Part shown: in pieces, positions 7,660 through 18,900 of the stretch
How the letters are laid out: the number at the start of each line of letters is the position of its first letter
How positions within the stretch are numbered: the stretch's first letter is position 1
IMG/VR virus record: IMGVR_UViG_3300030333_002778
Coordinates: 25,461 to 89,460 of that record
Reading direction: 5' to 3' (one strand)
Origin: a virus
Length of the DNA stretch: 64,000 bases
The notes under the pieces: model-generated
Databases searched by the model: none
What the model was told of the DNA's origin: nothing
What the model saw: the letters and a program-made list of their open reading frames with translations, nothing else
Translations under genes and position numbers: made by a program

Positions 7660-8331
7660 ATGGCGAATTTAGTTATTATATGTGGAAAGTCAGGATCCGG
7701 CAAGTCCACCTCTGGAAGAAATTTGGATCCTAAAACTACTTTTTGGGTAAATAGTGATCAAAAAGCATTACCATTTAAAGGATGGAAAAAGAATTATTCT
7801 AAAGAAAATAAGAATTATTCTAAAGTATCTTCTTTAGTGGAAACATGTAATATTTTGAAAGCTATACCTGAACGTGCTCCTCACATTAAAACTGTTATTG
7901 TTGATACAATTAATCGTATGATGACAGATAAAGTAATGGGAGAAAGACATGTTAAAGGATTTGAAAAGTGGACTCAATTATCTGGTGGTATATATGATAT
8001 ATTTACTATAATAAATCAAATATTACCTGATGATATTGATGTATTTGTATTAGCGCATTCTGAGGAAGGATACAATGATATGGGTGCTCAATATAAGAAA
8101 GTAATGACAGCTGGAAAACAACTTGATCGCATTGTTTTAGAGTCTATGTCAAGCGTTGTTTTATTTACTGAAGTTAAAGCCGATGGTAAAGGAAAGAACG
8201 AGTATATGTTTCAAACACAAACTGATGGTGTTTCAACTGCGAAATCACCTGAAGGAATGTTTGAAGAATATTTAATTCCTAATGATTTATTAGAAATTAA
8301 AAAAGCGATGAATAAATATTATAATGAATAA
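7660..8331 (+). CDS. AAA-family ATPase (Sak4/AAA_24-like)
   Basis: GKSGSGKS, VIVDT, LAH, TAKSPEGMF...IPND. Confidence 0.88.
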   Translation: MANLVIICGKSGSGKSTSGRNLDPKTTFWVNSDQKALPFKGWKKNYSKENKNYSKVSSLVETCNILKAIPERAPHIKTVIVDTINRMMTDKVMGERHVKGFEKWTQLSGGIYDIFTIINQILPDDIDVFVLAHSEEGYNDMGAQYKKVMTAGKQLDRIVLESMSSVVLFTEVKADGKGKNEYMFQTQTDGVSTAKSPEGMFEEYLIPNDLLEIKKAMNKYYNE

Positions 8332-8353
8332 TTAATCGATTAAAATTAAATTT

Positions 8354-8911
8354 ATGTATCAAATTAATCAGACTGTAAAGTCAGAGGGATCGTCTACCTC
8401 AGTATTCCCGTTAGGTATAACGGAAAATGCAGAAATGACGAATGTTAGTGTTGACACTGCTAGTAATGGTAATGCATTTCTTAAGTTTGAATTTACTTCA
8501 AATGAAGGATCTAAGCTAAATCATTTCGAGTGGCCAATAGACACACAAAATGAAGGTTGGGAAAAGAAATTACAATCTCAAATGAAGAGAGTAAAACATA
8601 TCCTAACTAAATTTATGGAAGAAGATAAAATAATTATTAATGCAGATTCTTTTGAAGGATTTGCTAAAGGTGTAATCACTTTACTTGGTAATACTTATGT
8701 AGGTAAGAAATTAAGAGTAAAAACTGTTTATAGCTACAATAATTATGTATCTATTCCTAAATATGTTCCTTTCGTTGAAACTATGGATATTAATCCAACT
8801 AAGTTAAATATAACAAGTTTTGATAAAATGGAAAAAGATGAAGCTGATAACCCAGCTACATTAAGTTCAACAAGTACAGAAACTAAATCAGATGGTGATT
8901 TACCATTCTAA
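8354..8911 (+). CDS. ssb: Single-stranded DNA-binding protein
   Basis: OB-like beta pattern, acidic C-terminal DGDLPF tail, position between the ATPase and the primase. Confidence 0.75.
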   Translation: MYQINQTVKSEGSSTSVFPLGITENAEMTNVSVDTASNGNAFLKFEFTSNEGSKLNHFEWPIDTQNEGWEKKLQSQMKRVKHILTKFMEEDKIIINADSFEGFAKGVITLLGNTYVGKKLRVKTVYSYNNYVSIPKYVPFVETMDINPTKLNITSFDKMEKDEADNPATLSSTSTETKSDGDLPF

Positions 8912-8947
8912 ATAAAATTTAGTTTCTTTGCGTTAATAAAATATATA

Positions 8948-9982
8948 ATGTATAAAATAAATATTTCGTTAACCAAAGAAGCTGTACTTAATAAAATAAG
9001 TTCGTACCAAATTTTTAGTTATTATTTGGGCCGTGATTTTAAATCCGGCATAGTATTGAGTAGTCCCTTTAGACAAGATGATAAACCAAGTTTTTCTTTG
9101 TTTACCGATCGTAAAGGGACTATTCGGTATAAAGATTTTGGTACTGGTGAATCGGGTGATTGTTTTAATTTTATTCAGAAGAAATTCGGAATAGGTTTTT
9201 ACGATTGCCTTATTCGCATTAATAACGACTTTAAATTGGACTTAATGTACAGTGGAATTGGCAGAACAACTGTTCCTTATGACGGTTTCAAGACTGCAAT
9301 CAAAGAACTAAATTTTAATCCTAAAAAATCTATAAATGTTAAAGTACAACCTTATACTTTTATAGATGAACATTACTGGAATCAATATGGTATTGACAAG
9401 AATTTACTTAAAGTATATAATGTATTTTCTTGTAAATGTGTTTTCATTGGAGATAAAACTGTAGCTACTTATGTAAATAATAATCCTATTTACGGCTATT
9501 TGTTTTATAAAGATGAAGAATACACATGGAAAATCTATCGTCCTTTATCTATTAACGGATACAAATGGATGAGCAATACCAATAGAACTGTATTTCAAGG
9601 ATGGGATCAATTACCTAGAAAAGGTGATTTTATTATTATTACTAAAGCATTGAAAGATGTTATGGTATTAAGAACATTAGGATTCATAAGTGTTGCATTG
9701 CAAAATGAAATCGCAGGTATAAAGGATACTGTTGCTCATGAATTATATGAGAGATTTAATGATGTATATATATTAAATGATTTTGATTATACTGGCGTAA
9801 GAGGCGCTAATAAACTAAAAAAGAAATATGGTTTCAAACCTATATTTCTTCAATGTTTTAAAACAAGATCAAATGGATTTAAAGATATATCTGATTTCAG
9901 AAAATCTCATTCATATGAAGAAAGTAAAAGTTTAATAAAAAAATTAATAGATAAATGGAAATACGAAGAGAACAACCCGTAG
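8948..9982 (+). CDS. dnaG: DnaG-like primase, crAss type
   Basis: SPFRQDDKPSF...YKDFGTGESGD, WKIYRP, TKALKDV, NDFDYTG, KDISD. Confidence 0.9.
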   Translation: MYKINISLTKEAVLNKISSYQIFSYYLGRDFKSGIVLSSPFRQDDKPSFSLFTDRKGTIRYKDFGTGESGDCFNFIQKKFGIGFYDCLIRINNDFKLDLMYSGIGRTTVPYDGFKTAIKELNFNPKKSINVKVQPYTFIDEHYWNQYGIDKNLLKVYNVFSCKCVFIGDKTVATYVNNNPIYGYLFYKDEEYTWKIYRPLSINGYKWMSNTNRTVFQGWDQLPRKGDFIIITKALKDVMVLRTLGFISVALQNEIAGIKDTVAHELYERFNDVYILNDFDYTGVRGANKLKKKYGFKPIFLQCFKTRSNGFKDISDFRKSHSYEESKSLIKKLIDKWKYEENNP

Positions 9983-12435
9983 AAGAATTTATTGGAAAAG
10001 CTAAATCTAATAAATTCAAGATTGGTGATGATTCTGTAGGAATAATCATCGACTCTTTAATTAATTTATATTCTGATCCTATTGGTTCTATTGTAAGAGA
10101 GGTAACATCTAATTGTTATGATGCTCATAGAGAAAAACGTCTTAAAAGAAAAGGAGTAATTCCTATGACTTCTGAAGACAAACTTCAATATTGGCATAAA
10201 GAAGATAAAAACCCTCAAATAGAATTTCAAGATGAGAATATATTATTAGGTATTGGTAATGCAATGATATTTAGAGATTTTGGCGTTGGATTAAGTCAAT
10301 ATAGAGTAGAAACTATCTATACTATGTTTGGTAATTCAACTAAAAGAGATAACAATCTACAAATTGGTGGATTTGGAATTGGTGCTAAATCTCCATTTGC
10401 ATATACTGATACTTTTTATATTATAGCAAATCATAATGGTATAAAATATTCATATATGTTATACAAAGGTAACGATGCATTTCATATGGATATGATAAAG
10501 AAAGTACCAACATCAGATTTAAATTCAACTGAAGTTATTATACCTATAAAAGAACATTCAGATCTCAGAACATTTAGAAAATCTATAGAACAACAACTAT
10601 TATATTTTGAAAATATTAGATATATAAATGTCGAAGAAGGTTTAGGAGCTAATATTAAATCTATAGCGTGTGATTATGAAGATGAAGATTTAGCTATTTC
10701 TTTAGATTTAAAATCTGCAAGTATAGATCAAGAACTTCATTGTATGGTAGGTAGAGTCAGATATCCTTTAGATTTTAATTCTTTAGATAATATTTGGAAA
10801 GATAATTATAATAATAAAGAAAAAGATATTCCTGCTGCAATTAAATTTGATATTGGTGAAATTGATTTGGTCCCTTCAAGGGAAAATATTCGATATACTG
10901 ATAGAACTAAAGAAGCTATTAAAGCTAAGATTGAATCTGTTAGAAAAAGTTGTATATATGATTGTAATAGAGAATTAAATAATGCTACTGATTTTATACA
11001 CTGGTTAGAAATGTCTACTTCTATTCTTAAAAGGGATACTTGGCGAAGAACTTATGATAGTGTTTTTGAAATAAGAGCTTCTTTAGCAGGATTGAAGAAA
11101 GACGATATTAAATTAAATTTAGTAGGTGAACTAAGTGTCAATCCTTTATTAGATAAATCTGAAACTAAAATGTTTTCCGGCTTTACTTGTTATACTATTT
11201 CAAAAGAACCTAGTAAAAATCATGTAGGTGGTTATAGATTACTTAAAAAAGTATCAGTTTTAAAAGATTTCTTAAATTATCCGGTTTATTATCAAGAACA
11301 AAATTATGAACCTGATGAAGAAGGGAATGTTAAGACAAAAACTTTTAGAAAAGCTAAAGATATGGCTATTTTAAATTATGTTTTAGAATCTAATAAAAAC
11401 TCTTTTATTCAATTAAGAAAGAATAGAATAGATGATAAAGTTATTGAATCTGAAAAAGAAATTGATCTTTGGAATAATAAACAAGAAGCCAGGGAACCAG
11501 AAGTAATTAAATCTGATTTTGAAATTATGTCTAAACTTATAGATGGGTGTAAACATAGATTTAGAATGTATGATGATTTTAAACAAGAAGTATCAGATGA
11601 TTTAGTTGGTGAATATGAATCCGATCAAGCAAGAAGAAAAAGATTGGGTAAAATATTTGGTAGAAAACTTTATTTAGGTCGTAATATGGACGAAGCTAAA
11701 TTTGGTAATATAGAAACTGAAGTTACTGATCTAGGAGCTTATAAGGATAAAGGTGGTATTGTAATATATGGTTTTTCAAAAGACAATGAGTTATTAAAAC
11801 AGATAGGAGGTATTTGTAGACAAAATGGAATGAATGAACATGCTCCTGAGTATGCTAATACTAACTTTAACTGGGCTCCAGCGGAAGAAAATAGGCAAAG
11901 TTATAGAGATTTTCATGAAGGAGTTGTTATTTTAAAAGTAGCAGCTAATCTTAAAGATCAATTAGCCGAATTTATAAATGTTAATGACTTGTTTAAAATG
12001 AAACACGATATAATAAAAAAATGGTATACTTCTCATCTTATTATGGAAGATACCGAAAAGATTAATTTCTTTCAATTCTTTAGAACTTTAAATGAAGATT
12101 TGTTTTATAAATGGCGTAAACTTCACAGACTCCATGATAAAAACTATCGTAGATTTAGATATCTAAATGAATATCAGTCTGATGAATTACTTGATTTATG
12201 TAAATCAAATAATTTACAAGATGATAAAGCTTTAGAAACTCTAAAAGAATTAAAACAATATGCCGAAGGTTTAGATTTACTTAAATATATAGATATAATA
12301 CAACCTACTCAAGAAGAAACGAGAATAGAAAATAAACAATTATTTCTTGAGTTACGTAAGTATCTTAAATTTAAGAATAAAGCTACTTTAAAGTATAAAA
12401 AAATTAGAAAAAATAATAAAAAATTAGTAAATTAG
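9955..12435 (+). CDS. rIIA: rIIA-like protein (GHKL/HATPase N-terminus)
   Basis: LYSDPIGSIVREVTSNCYDAH, RDFGVGLS, STKR...GGFGIGAKSPFAY, PSRENIRY. Confidence 0.9.
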   Translation: MEIRREQPVEEFIGKAKSNKFKIGDDSVGIIIDSLINLYSDPIGSIVREVTSNCYDAHREKRLKRKGVIPMTSEDKLQYWHKEDKNPQIEFQDENILLGIGNAMIFRDFGVGLSQYRVETIYTMFGNSTKRDNNLQIGGFGIGAKSPFAYTDTFYIIANHNGIKYSYMLYKGNDAFHMDMIKKVPTSDLNSTEVIIPIKEHSDLRTFRKSIEQQLLYFENIRYINVEEGLGANIKSIACDYEDEDLAISLDLKSASIDQELHCMVGRVRYPLDFNSLDNIWKDNYNNKEKDIPAAIKFDIGEIDLVPSRENIRYTDRTKEAIKAKIESVRKSCIYDCNRELNNATDFIHWLEMSTSILKRDTWRRTYDSVFEIRASLAGLKKDDIKLNLVGELSVNPLLDKSETKMFSGFTCYTISKEPSKNHVGGYRLLKKVSVLKDFLNYPVYYQEQNYEPDEEGNVKTKTFRKAKDMAILNYVLESNKNSFIQLRKNRIDDKVIESEKEIDLWNNKQEAREPEVIKSDFEIMSKLIDGCKHRFRMYDDFKQEVSDDLVGEYESDQARRKRLGKIFGRKLYLGRNMDEAKFGNIETEVTDLGAYKDKGGIVIYGFSKDNELLKQIGGICRQNGMNEHAPEYANTNFNWAPAEENRQSYRDFHEGVVILKVAANLKDQLAEFINVNDLFKMKHDIIKKWYTSHLIMEDTEKINFFQFFRTLNEDLFYKWRKLHRLHDKNYRRFRYLNEYQSDELLDLCKSNNLQDDKALETLKELKQYAEGLDLLKYIDIIQPTQEETRIENKQLFLELRKYLKFKNKATLKYKKIRKNNKKLVN

Positions 12436-12439
12436 TAAA

Positions 12440-13456
12440 ATGAAAAATACGTATTTAGTCTGTAAAGTCGATAAAGAAAATGTTCAGATCATTATCGATG
12501 GACTCCCTAAAACTCTTTCTAGAAAATATAAAGAAGCTGACTCTGTAATTCAGTTAGCTAAAAACTTTAATAAATCTAGAGATGAGAATGAACGAAAAGC
12601 CATAATGGGCAAAGTTCAGGAATTGCTAACTCCTGGATATCGAATTCAACATAAGACTGACGGTCGATTTGAATTTGACGGTGGTAGGAAAATGTATCTT
12701 AAAGGTACTACTGATCCTATACCAAATTTCTTAGCAAAAAAGTTAATGAAATGGATGGAGGAAGATATTCCTTTAACAGGTTTGATTAACTTTTGGAAGC
12801 ATCTGTTATTAAATCCGGATAAAGCTGTTAGAAAGCAATTATATAGCTTTCTAGAGCATAATGGCCATCCGATAACAGACAAAGGGTATTTTCTCGCATA
12901 TAAAGCCTGTAAAGTCAAGAAAAAGTACGATAAAAAGACTGGGGAAGAAATTGTTCAGTTTCAGTACAATGAAGACACTGGTAAAAGAGAAGAGAAATAT
13001 ACTCAATCATTAACTTTTGCACCTTATCATAGTGGCGCTCATGGAATGGTAATTAAAGTAGGTCAACCTATTGCAATGCCAAGAGAGGAGTGTGACTCTA
13101 ATCCGGATCGAACATGTTCTGCAGGTCTTCACGTGGGATCTATGGAATATGTTCATGATTTTGGATATGGTGATGGTGTAATATTAGAAGTATTAGTTAG
13201 TCCACGTAATGTTGTAGCAGTACCGTCTGATTATGACAATACTAAAATGAGATGTTGTGAATATTTTCCTATCGCTATTAGTAATGGTGAAAATGAAGAT
13301 GTTTATTTAGAATCTGATTATACTGGATTTGATCATGACTCTATGGTAAAAGACTTAGAAGCTTATGAGAAAGCTAAAAGAAAGCAAATAGCTGATCTTG
13401 AGAAAGAATTATCTCAAAGAGATCAGATTGCAGCTGAAATTACTTCTAGTAATTAA
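12440..13456 (+). CDS. rIIB: rIIB-like protein
   Basis: ITDKGYFLAYK, MPREECDSNPDRTCSAGLHVG, VVAVPSDYDNTKMRCCEY; directly follows rIIA. Confidence 0.92.
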   Translation: MKNTYLVCKVDKENVQIIIDGLPKTLSRKYKEADSVIQLAKNFNKSRDENERKAIMGKVQELLTPGYRIQHKTDGRFEFDGGRKMYLKGTTDPIPNFLAKKLMKWMEEDIPLTGLINFWKHLLLNPDKAVRKQLYSFLEHNGHPITDKGYFLAYKACKVKKKYDKKTGEEIVQFQYNEDTGKREEKYTQSLTFAPYHSGAHGMVIKVGQPIAMPREECDSNPDRTCSAGLHVGSMEYVHDFGYGDGVILEVLVSPRNVVAVPSDYDNTKMRCCEYFPIAISNGENEDVYLESDYTGFDHDSMVKDLEAYEKAKRKQIADLEKELSQRDQIAAEITSSN

Positions 13457-13462
13457 GTTAAC

Positions 13463-13496
13463 AGGGAGGGGGTCTTAACGGGCTCCCTATTTCCCT
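13463..13496 (+). terminator. GC-rich hairpin after rIIB (terminator or processing site)
   Basis: AGGGGGTCT-TAAC-GGGCTCCCT with an outer AGGGA/TCCCT pairing; weak U tail. Confidence 0.5.
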
Positions 13497-13509
13497 AAAA
13501 TTTTATAAT

Positions 13510-14001
13510 ATGGATAAAGTACAAATCGTTATTCCTAAATTTATTACACATATTGCTAAAACTAAAAATAAATATGTGAAAATAAACGGTCAAAAATTAT
13601 TTACTGGAATGAATCATCATTTACGAGCTCTTGTAGTTCGTAGAATGCACACATATATTCAACAATATATACCATCTGTTTTAGAATTAGATGAATTATT
13701 ACCTATGAAAGTAAAGTTGTATGTTTATACAGCTATTAATCATGGTGATATTAGAATGTATAAAGGTGAATTAAGATGGCGTGAACCTAAAAAAGATTAT
13801 ATACCCCGATGGGATGTAGATAATCTATGGATTTGGATTAAATGTTTTCAAGATACGTTAGTAGAAATGGGTAAAATAGAAGATGATAATGTAACTCATA
13901 TTCCAAATTCTGGTGAAATAGAGTTTATACCAGTTAAAGATTTTAAAGATCGTAAATTAATTTTCGAATTAACAAAATATAAAAAAGCAAATGAAAATTG
14001 A
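13510..14001 (+). CDS. RusA-like Holliday junction resolvase
   Basis: WDVDNL...QDTL...IEDDN catalytic pattern. Confidence 0.75.
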   Translation: MDKVQIVIPKFITHIAKTKNKYVKINGQKLFTGMNHHLRALVVRRMHTYIQQYIPSVLELDELLPMKVKLYVYTAINHGDIRMYKGELRWREPKKDYIPRWDVDNLWIWIKCFQDTLVEMGKIEDDNVTHIPNSGEIEFIPVKDFKDRKLIFELTKYKKANEN

Positions 14002-15016
14002 TATAGATCATATAAGCCACTCTTCTTTGAGTGCGCTTAATGTAAGCCCTCAATATTTTCTTAAATATAAAAGAAGAGAATTAAAGGAGGATACTAAAGC
14101 ATTAGATTTAGGATCTGCTATTCATTGCTACGTTTTAGAAAACAATCATTTTCATGAACGTTATGCAGTAATGGATGTAGAACCTGTAGGAGGAATGATG
14201 GGAACATTTATAGAAACATATGCAGAAACTTCATTAACAGTTAATGAGTCTATGCCTGTGCAACTTAAAATAGATACCCATCAAACTCTTCAAGAATTAG
14301 CTTATGATAAAGCTGGTTTTAAAATACCTTTACAAACTGTATTAAATAAATTTAATTTACCTGAAAATAAAAAGTATTTTGATTTCTTAGTACAAAATAA
14401 AGGAAAAACAGTTCTGTCTCAAAGTGATATGGATACTGTTTCAAAATGTGCGCTTTCTTTAAAAGCTCACAAACTTGCAAACTTTTTAACTACGCCTGAA
14501 AAGGCTGAGTTAGAAATTTCTTGGAAGCATGATGATATGAATGTTAAATCTATTATTGATAATTTAATATTTGATTTAGATAATAAAACTATTTATCTTG
14601 TGGACCTAAAAACAACTTCAAAGTCAGTTTATAATTTTGAGAGAAGTTATTTCTCTTATGGATATTATAGACAAATGGCAATGTACAAGCTAGCAGTACA
14701 TGCTTTTGTAAATGAATTTAAAGAAGCTATAAATGGTTCAGGTGGAGATGTCAGAGAATGGGATCTTCGCGATATGGATGTAAAAAGTTATATTGTGGTT
14801 GTACAAACAACCGGTCTAAATGAATGTGTTGTCTATGAGCCTTCTGCTTATGATATTACGTTAGGAGTAGAAGAAATCTCTAATTTAATTAGTAGATTAA
14901 AATGGCACATAGGCAATGACCAGTGGGAGTACCCAATGGAATATTATGCTAATAATGGATCAACTAAATTGAAATTATCGAATGAGTATATCTCTAGAAT
15001 TAAGGAAAATTCGTGA
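13991..15016 (+). CDS. PD-(D/E)XK exonuclease (DUF3799/RecE-like)
   Basis: SHSSL, LGSAIH, E...KSIID...VDLKTT, YYRQMAMY. Confidence 0.88.
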   Translation: MKIDIDHISHSSLSALNVSPQYFLKYKRRELKEDTKALDLGSAIHCYVLENNHFHERYAVMDVEPVGGMMGTFIETYAETSLTVNESMPVQLKIDTHQTLQELAYDKAGFKIPLQTVLNKFNLPENKKYFDFLVQNKGKTVLSQSDMDTVSKCALSLKAHKLANFLTTPEKAELEISWKHDDMNVKSIIDNLIFDLDNKTIYLVDLKTTSKSVYNFERSYFSYGYYRQMAMYKLAVHAFVNEFKEAINGSGGDVREWDLRDMDVKSYIVVVQTTGLNECVVYEPSAYDITLGVEEISNLISRLKWHIGNDQWEYPMEYYANNGSTKLKLSNEYISRIKENS

Positions 15017-15563
15017 AGAAGTAAAACCTAATAAAACTTTAGACTTCATATTTCCATTAATTGGATACAGTAAAGCGGAGTTAGCCCCATTACTTGTAAA
15101 TGCATATCTAGGTGATGTGGATTTATATGATTGGGACTTAACTTCGCCTGATGTATTTATATTAATGAGATACCGTGGAGATATGAATTGGATAAAATTA
15201 GAAAAAAGATTTGAAGAAGATAAGAACTTTAAAACTTCTTATTCTCTTTATGATGGTAAATATGTAATGTTTGTATTTACTATTGATTCTAAATTTATTA
15301 ATGATTTTAACAAAGTATTAGAAGGAAAATATTCAGAATTATCCGATCCCGCTAAAATTCTTATAATGAGACACCGTTCTCCACGTAGCTCAATGTCTAA
15401 GATCCTGGTTAAGGATGAATCGCTAAAGGAATATTGGGAAAATAAAATCCAATCCCCTTTACCGAACAATTCAGAAGTTTGGCCTATTTTGGAAAGAAAG
15501 GATGAATTATTTGATAAGCGTGATTTCAAGAAATTAATGAATGTAGTAGAGTTACCTGTGTAA
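14982..15563 (+). CDS. Hypothetical protein, last gene of the replication arm
   Basis: 193-aa ORF; converges with the late arm. Confidence 0.8.
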   Translation: MSISLELRKIREEVKPNKTLDFIFPLIGYSKAELAPLLVNAYLGDVDLYDWDLTSPDVFILMRYRGDMNWIKLEKRFEEDKNFKTSYSLYDGKYVMFVFTIDSKFINDFNKVLEGKYSELSDPAKILIMRHRSPRSSMSKILVKDESLKEYWENKIQSPLPNNSEVWPILERKDELFDKRDFKKLMNVVELPV

Positions 15564-15565
15564 CT

Positions 15566-15913
15566 CTACTCTTCATGTCCGGGATTTAATAGATATCTAA
15601 TCAATTTCCCCCTTTTTTCAGAACGCGACTTATTCGCTTTTGTAATATTATCTTTTATTTGTTTAATATCCGCGCATATTTCATACTCTTCTGTGCTTTC
15701 AAAATAATCTAATAGAACATCAAATACTGATCTATCTTCATATTCAGTTAAAAGCCAGAAAAAAGTATTAGGAAATATACTAAAGTCATAATTACTAAGT
15801 ATTAATCTATAAGTATTAATCATAGATGATCTTTTAATTATTTCTTTTTCTTTTTCACTAAATTCTTCTTCTTCTTCGAAATCATCGTTAAAATTATCAA
15901 AACTGTATTTCAT
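15566..15913 (-). CDS. Small acidic protein with a UVR-like motif
   Basis: YFESTEEYEICADIK; coupled to the RNAP gene stop. Confidence 0.7.
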   Translation of the reverse strand: MKYSFDNFNDDFEEEEEFSEKEKEIIKRSSMINTYRLILSNYDFSIFPNTFFWLLTEYEDRSVFDVLLDYFESTEEYEICADIKQIKDNITKANKSRSEKRGKLIRYLLNPGHEE

Positions 15914-18900
15914 TATTTAAGATCAAAGAATTTTATTTTATCTCCAGGATGTGTATTCCATTCCTTAAATGGTAATATTCTCTTAAAGTATTTACTTATT
16001 TTAGCATCTCCTTTATCATAACCTCTAGTCTTTCTCTTATATCTTTCAAAATCTCCACCTGTTAATACAGATGTTAAATCTGATGTACCTTGAGAGAAGA
16101 ATTTATATAATGCTTCTAGTCCAGACATACCTGCCATTGGTGTTCTTAATATATCAAAGAATGCAGTCGTAGGTAAGTAGAATAATAATTCTGATTCTAC
16201 CCTTTTGATCGTATATAAAGCCTGCCATTCTGCTCTACTAAGCTCATCATCTTCTTTATCTCCTCTTATTCTTCCAGGTAATATTAATAACAACATTAAG
16301 AAAGCTATTTCTCCTAGCGCTCTTTTTAAATTAGCTTTTTGCCATGTAGGTAATTCTTTATAACGTTTACCAAATTCAAAATTAAGTTGTCTAGCTTCTT
16401 TAAACATAGTAACTATAAATTTAGCCGCGGTTACATAGTTTCCTTCTACTTCAGACATCAATCTTTCATTATAATCTGCTTTTTTATAAGGAGATTTAGC
16501 ATCATAGATTACTTTTTCTATTCCTTCAAATCTTCTCATTGCTCCTGGTCTAAGCCATTTACGGAACTGCATAGCTGCTCTACCCATTGCATATTGTTGT
16601 AAAGCTGCTCTGTCTGATGAATTATAAATACCATGCATTCTTTGATAAACTGCTTTTACTCTTTCTATAAAATCAGTTTTATCTCTATGTGTAAATTGTT
16701 CTGCTACTTCAGGATTTAGTACTAATCTTTTATCTTTTACTTTATATGCATCCCATAGATTAATATATTTACCACTAGATAACTTAAACTGCATATTCAT
16801 CATTTGTGCAATAAATAATTGAGACTGTATTCTGTGCTCTCCAGCCGACATCATAAAATAAATAGCTCCTGGGTTTAAAGATCTAATAAAGAAATTTTTA
16901 TGGTCTATTCTTTGTCCCGCTTCATTAAAATTGGATAAAACATCAAAGTTTTCTAATAACATTCCTAATTTTGAAGTAGGTCTTCTTGATGCGACATCAT
17001 TTATTATTCCAGGTAATGATAAATTGTATTTAGCAGTACTCTTTCCATAAGTTTTTAAATTTAGATATTGTCCTGCAAAAGCTTCTACCCAGTTTAATAA
17101 CATACCAAACCCTGCATTAGATAAACCAACGTGTGGGTTTAATGCTAATACTCTTAATGCATTATAATTAATAGCAAGATCTACTAACTTAGTGTCTGTT
17201 ATCTGTCTAGTTCCTCCGCCTAATGTTTTAATAGTCGAACCTTTTTTCTTTTTCTTTTGATAAACAATCATATCTAAATAATCGTTAAATCTATCATAAG
17301 ATCTTGAAATTTCACCTGAATAAGTTATTTCTTCTCCAGTTACCTTATCTACTATAGGCATTCCTTTACCGCTCAGTTTTCTTACTTGTCTGTGTTTTAA
17401 TAATTCCTTAGTCATCTCTAACTCATTAATAATAGTTTGCATATTATTATAGTTATTAGCCATTGTAAAGAATTGTCTTAATGAGCTTCCCAAGTCGTAA
17501 GATACTTCTTCTGGAGTAAGATCAAAATTCTCACCAGTTCCTATCTTCAAAGTATAATGTGTAGGGACATAACTTAAAGGCTCTCCTGTTTTTGAAACTA
17601 TTTCACCATAAGATGTTTGATCATCCCCAACAGTAAAGTAATCTATAAGTGTTTCTTTAGCTGTTCTTTTTAGTTTTTTATCAGACTCTAATAATAACTC
17701 TGCTTTTGAAGCTCTAATAGATGGTAAGAAAAATCCTGTTTCTTCAGTCCCTCTTCTATATTGCTGTTCTAATAATGTATTAGCATATTTAAAGTTCTCT
17801 ATAAAATAATTATAGAATATTTTTCTTTGATCTCCTTCAGGTAATGCTTGTAATTTTTTATACTGCTCACTATATTCTATAGGATTATTTTTAAAGAAAT
17901 TAGACCAAGTATCTTTACTAGATAAATTTGTGCCATTTTGTATACTATCTCTAACAAATTTTCTTTTCTTTTCATACCATTCGTATGTATGCTGATTAAG
18001 AATTCTTCCAGTTAACTTTCCATCTTTAGTTTTTTCAAGCATAAAATCATAAAGCTCTCTAAAACTATTTGTTCCTACCCCTTTTGAAGTTTGAAATGCT
18101 TCTAACTTCTTAATACGTTCATACAATCCTATATCCTCTTTACCTGTCCCGTATAAAAACTTTTGTTCTTGTTCATGTGTTTTATATACTTGTTCTTTAA
18201 CTAATTTATCAACAGCTGCTAATACTGAATCTTTAGAATCCCCCATAGCATCTAGCCATCTAGCTAATAAACTAATATCTCTTCCCGCTTTTACTAATTC
18301 ATTTTGTATAAACTCTTCTTTATTTTCAATTCTAGGATCTGAAATATAATCAGATAAGAAATTTGCTAATAAAGGTCTTCCTAAAGCTTTATATAATTCA
18401 TATACTTTTTGTCTTTTATAAATAGCAGGAGCTACAATTTCATTTATTTCTTGTTCGTAGCCTTCGTTAGCTAATAGCGGAGCAGCTAATGATATTTCAT
18501 CTAACATATCATATGTCTGAACAAATTTTAATACTTTATTCAGCTCTGGTATATTAACAGAACTAGTTGTTTCAAGTTCTCTTAGTTTATTGTATGCTGC
18601 ATCAATATCTGCATTAGCTCTTCTCATAAATAGAATAAGCCCTTCTTTTTCTCCGATCTCATCTAGCTTTCCAAGTAAATCTTTTAATCCTGTTACATAT
18701 TCTTTTGCATCTTTTTGTCGTTGTAATGAAGCTATTTTCTTTTTAAGATTGTTCTTAGCTGTTTCAAATATTTGCGATATCCTATCAGTCTCTTTATTAG
18801 CTTCTGCTTGAGCTCTTTCATTATTTGGATTTAAAAAGTTAAACATGTTTTTTAATGTCTTGTTCTTTATAGGCTTAAGCTTTTTAAGTTTAGAAGCTAC

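Noticed and set aside
8950-9300. Apparent local CpG enrichment (also ~15330-15700 and 48120-48330)
   Set aside because: Impression by eye only; no overlapping ORF or structure found; needs a sliding-window dinucleotide test
15540-15600. Bidirectional terminator at the convergence of the two arms
   Set aside because: The stop codons are 2 nt apart and no convincing hairpin with U tracts is visible
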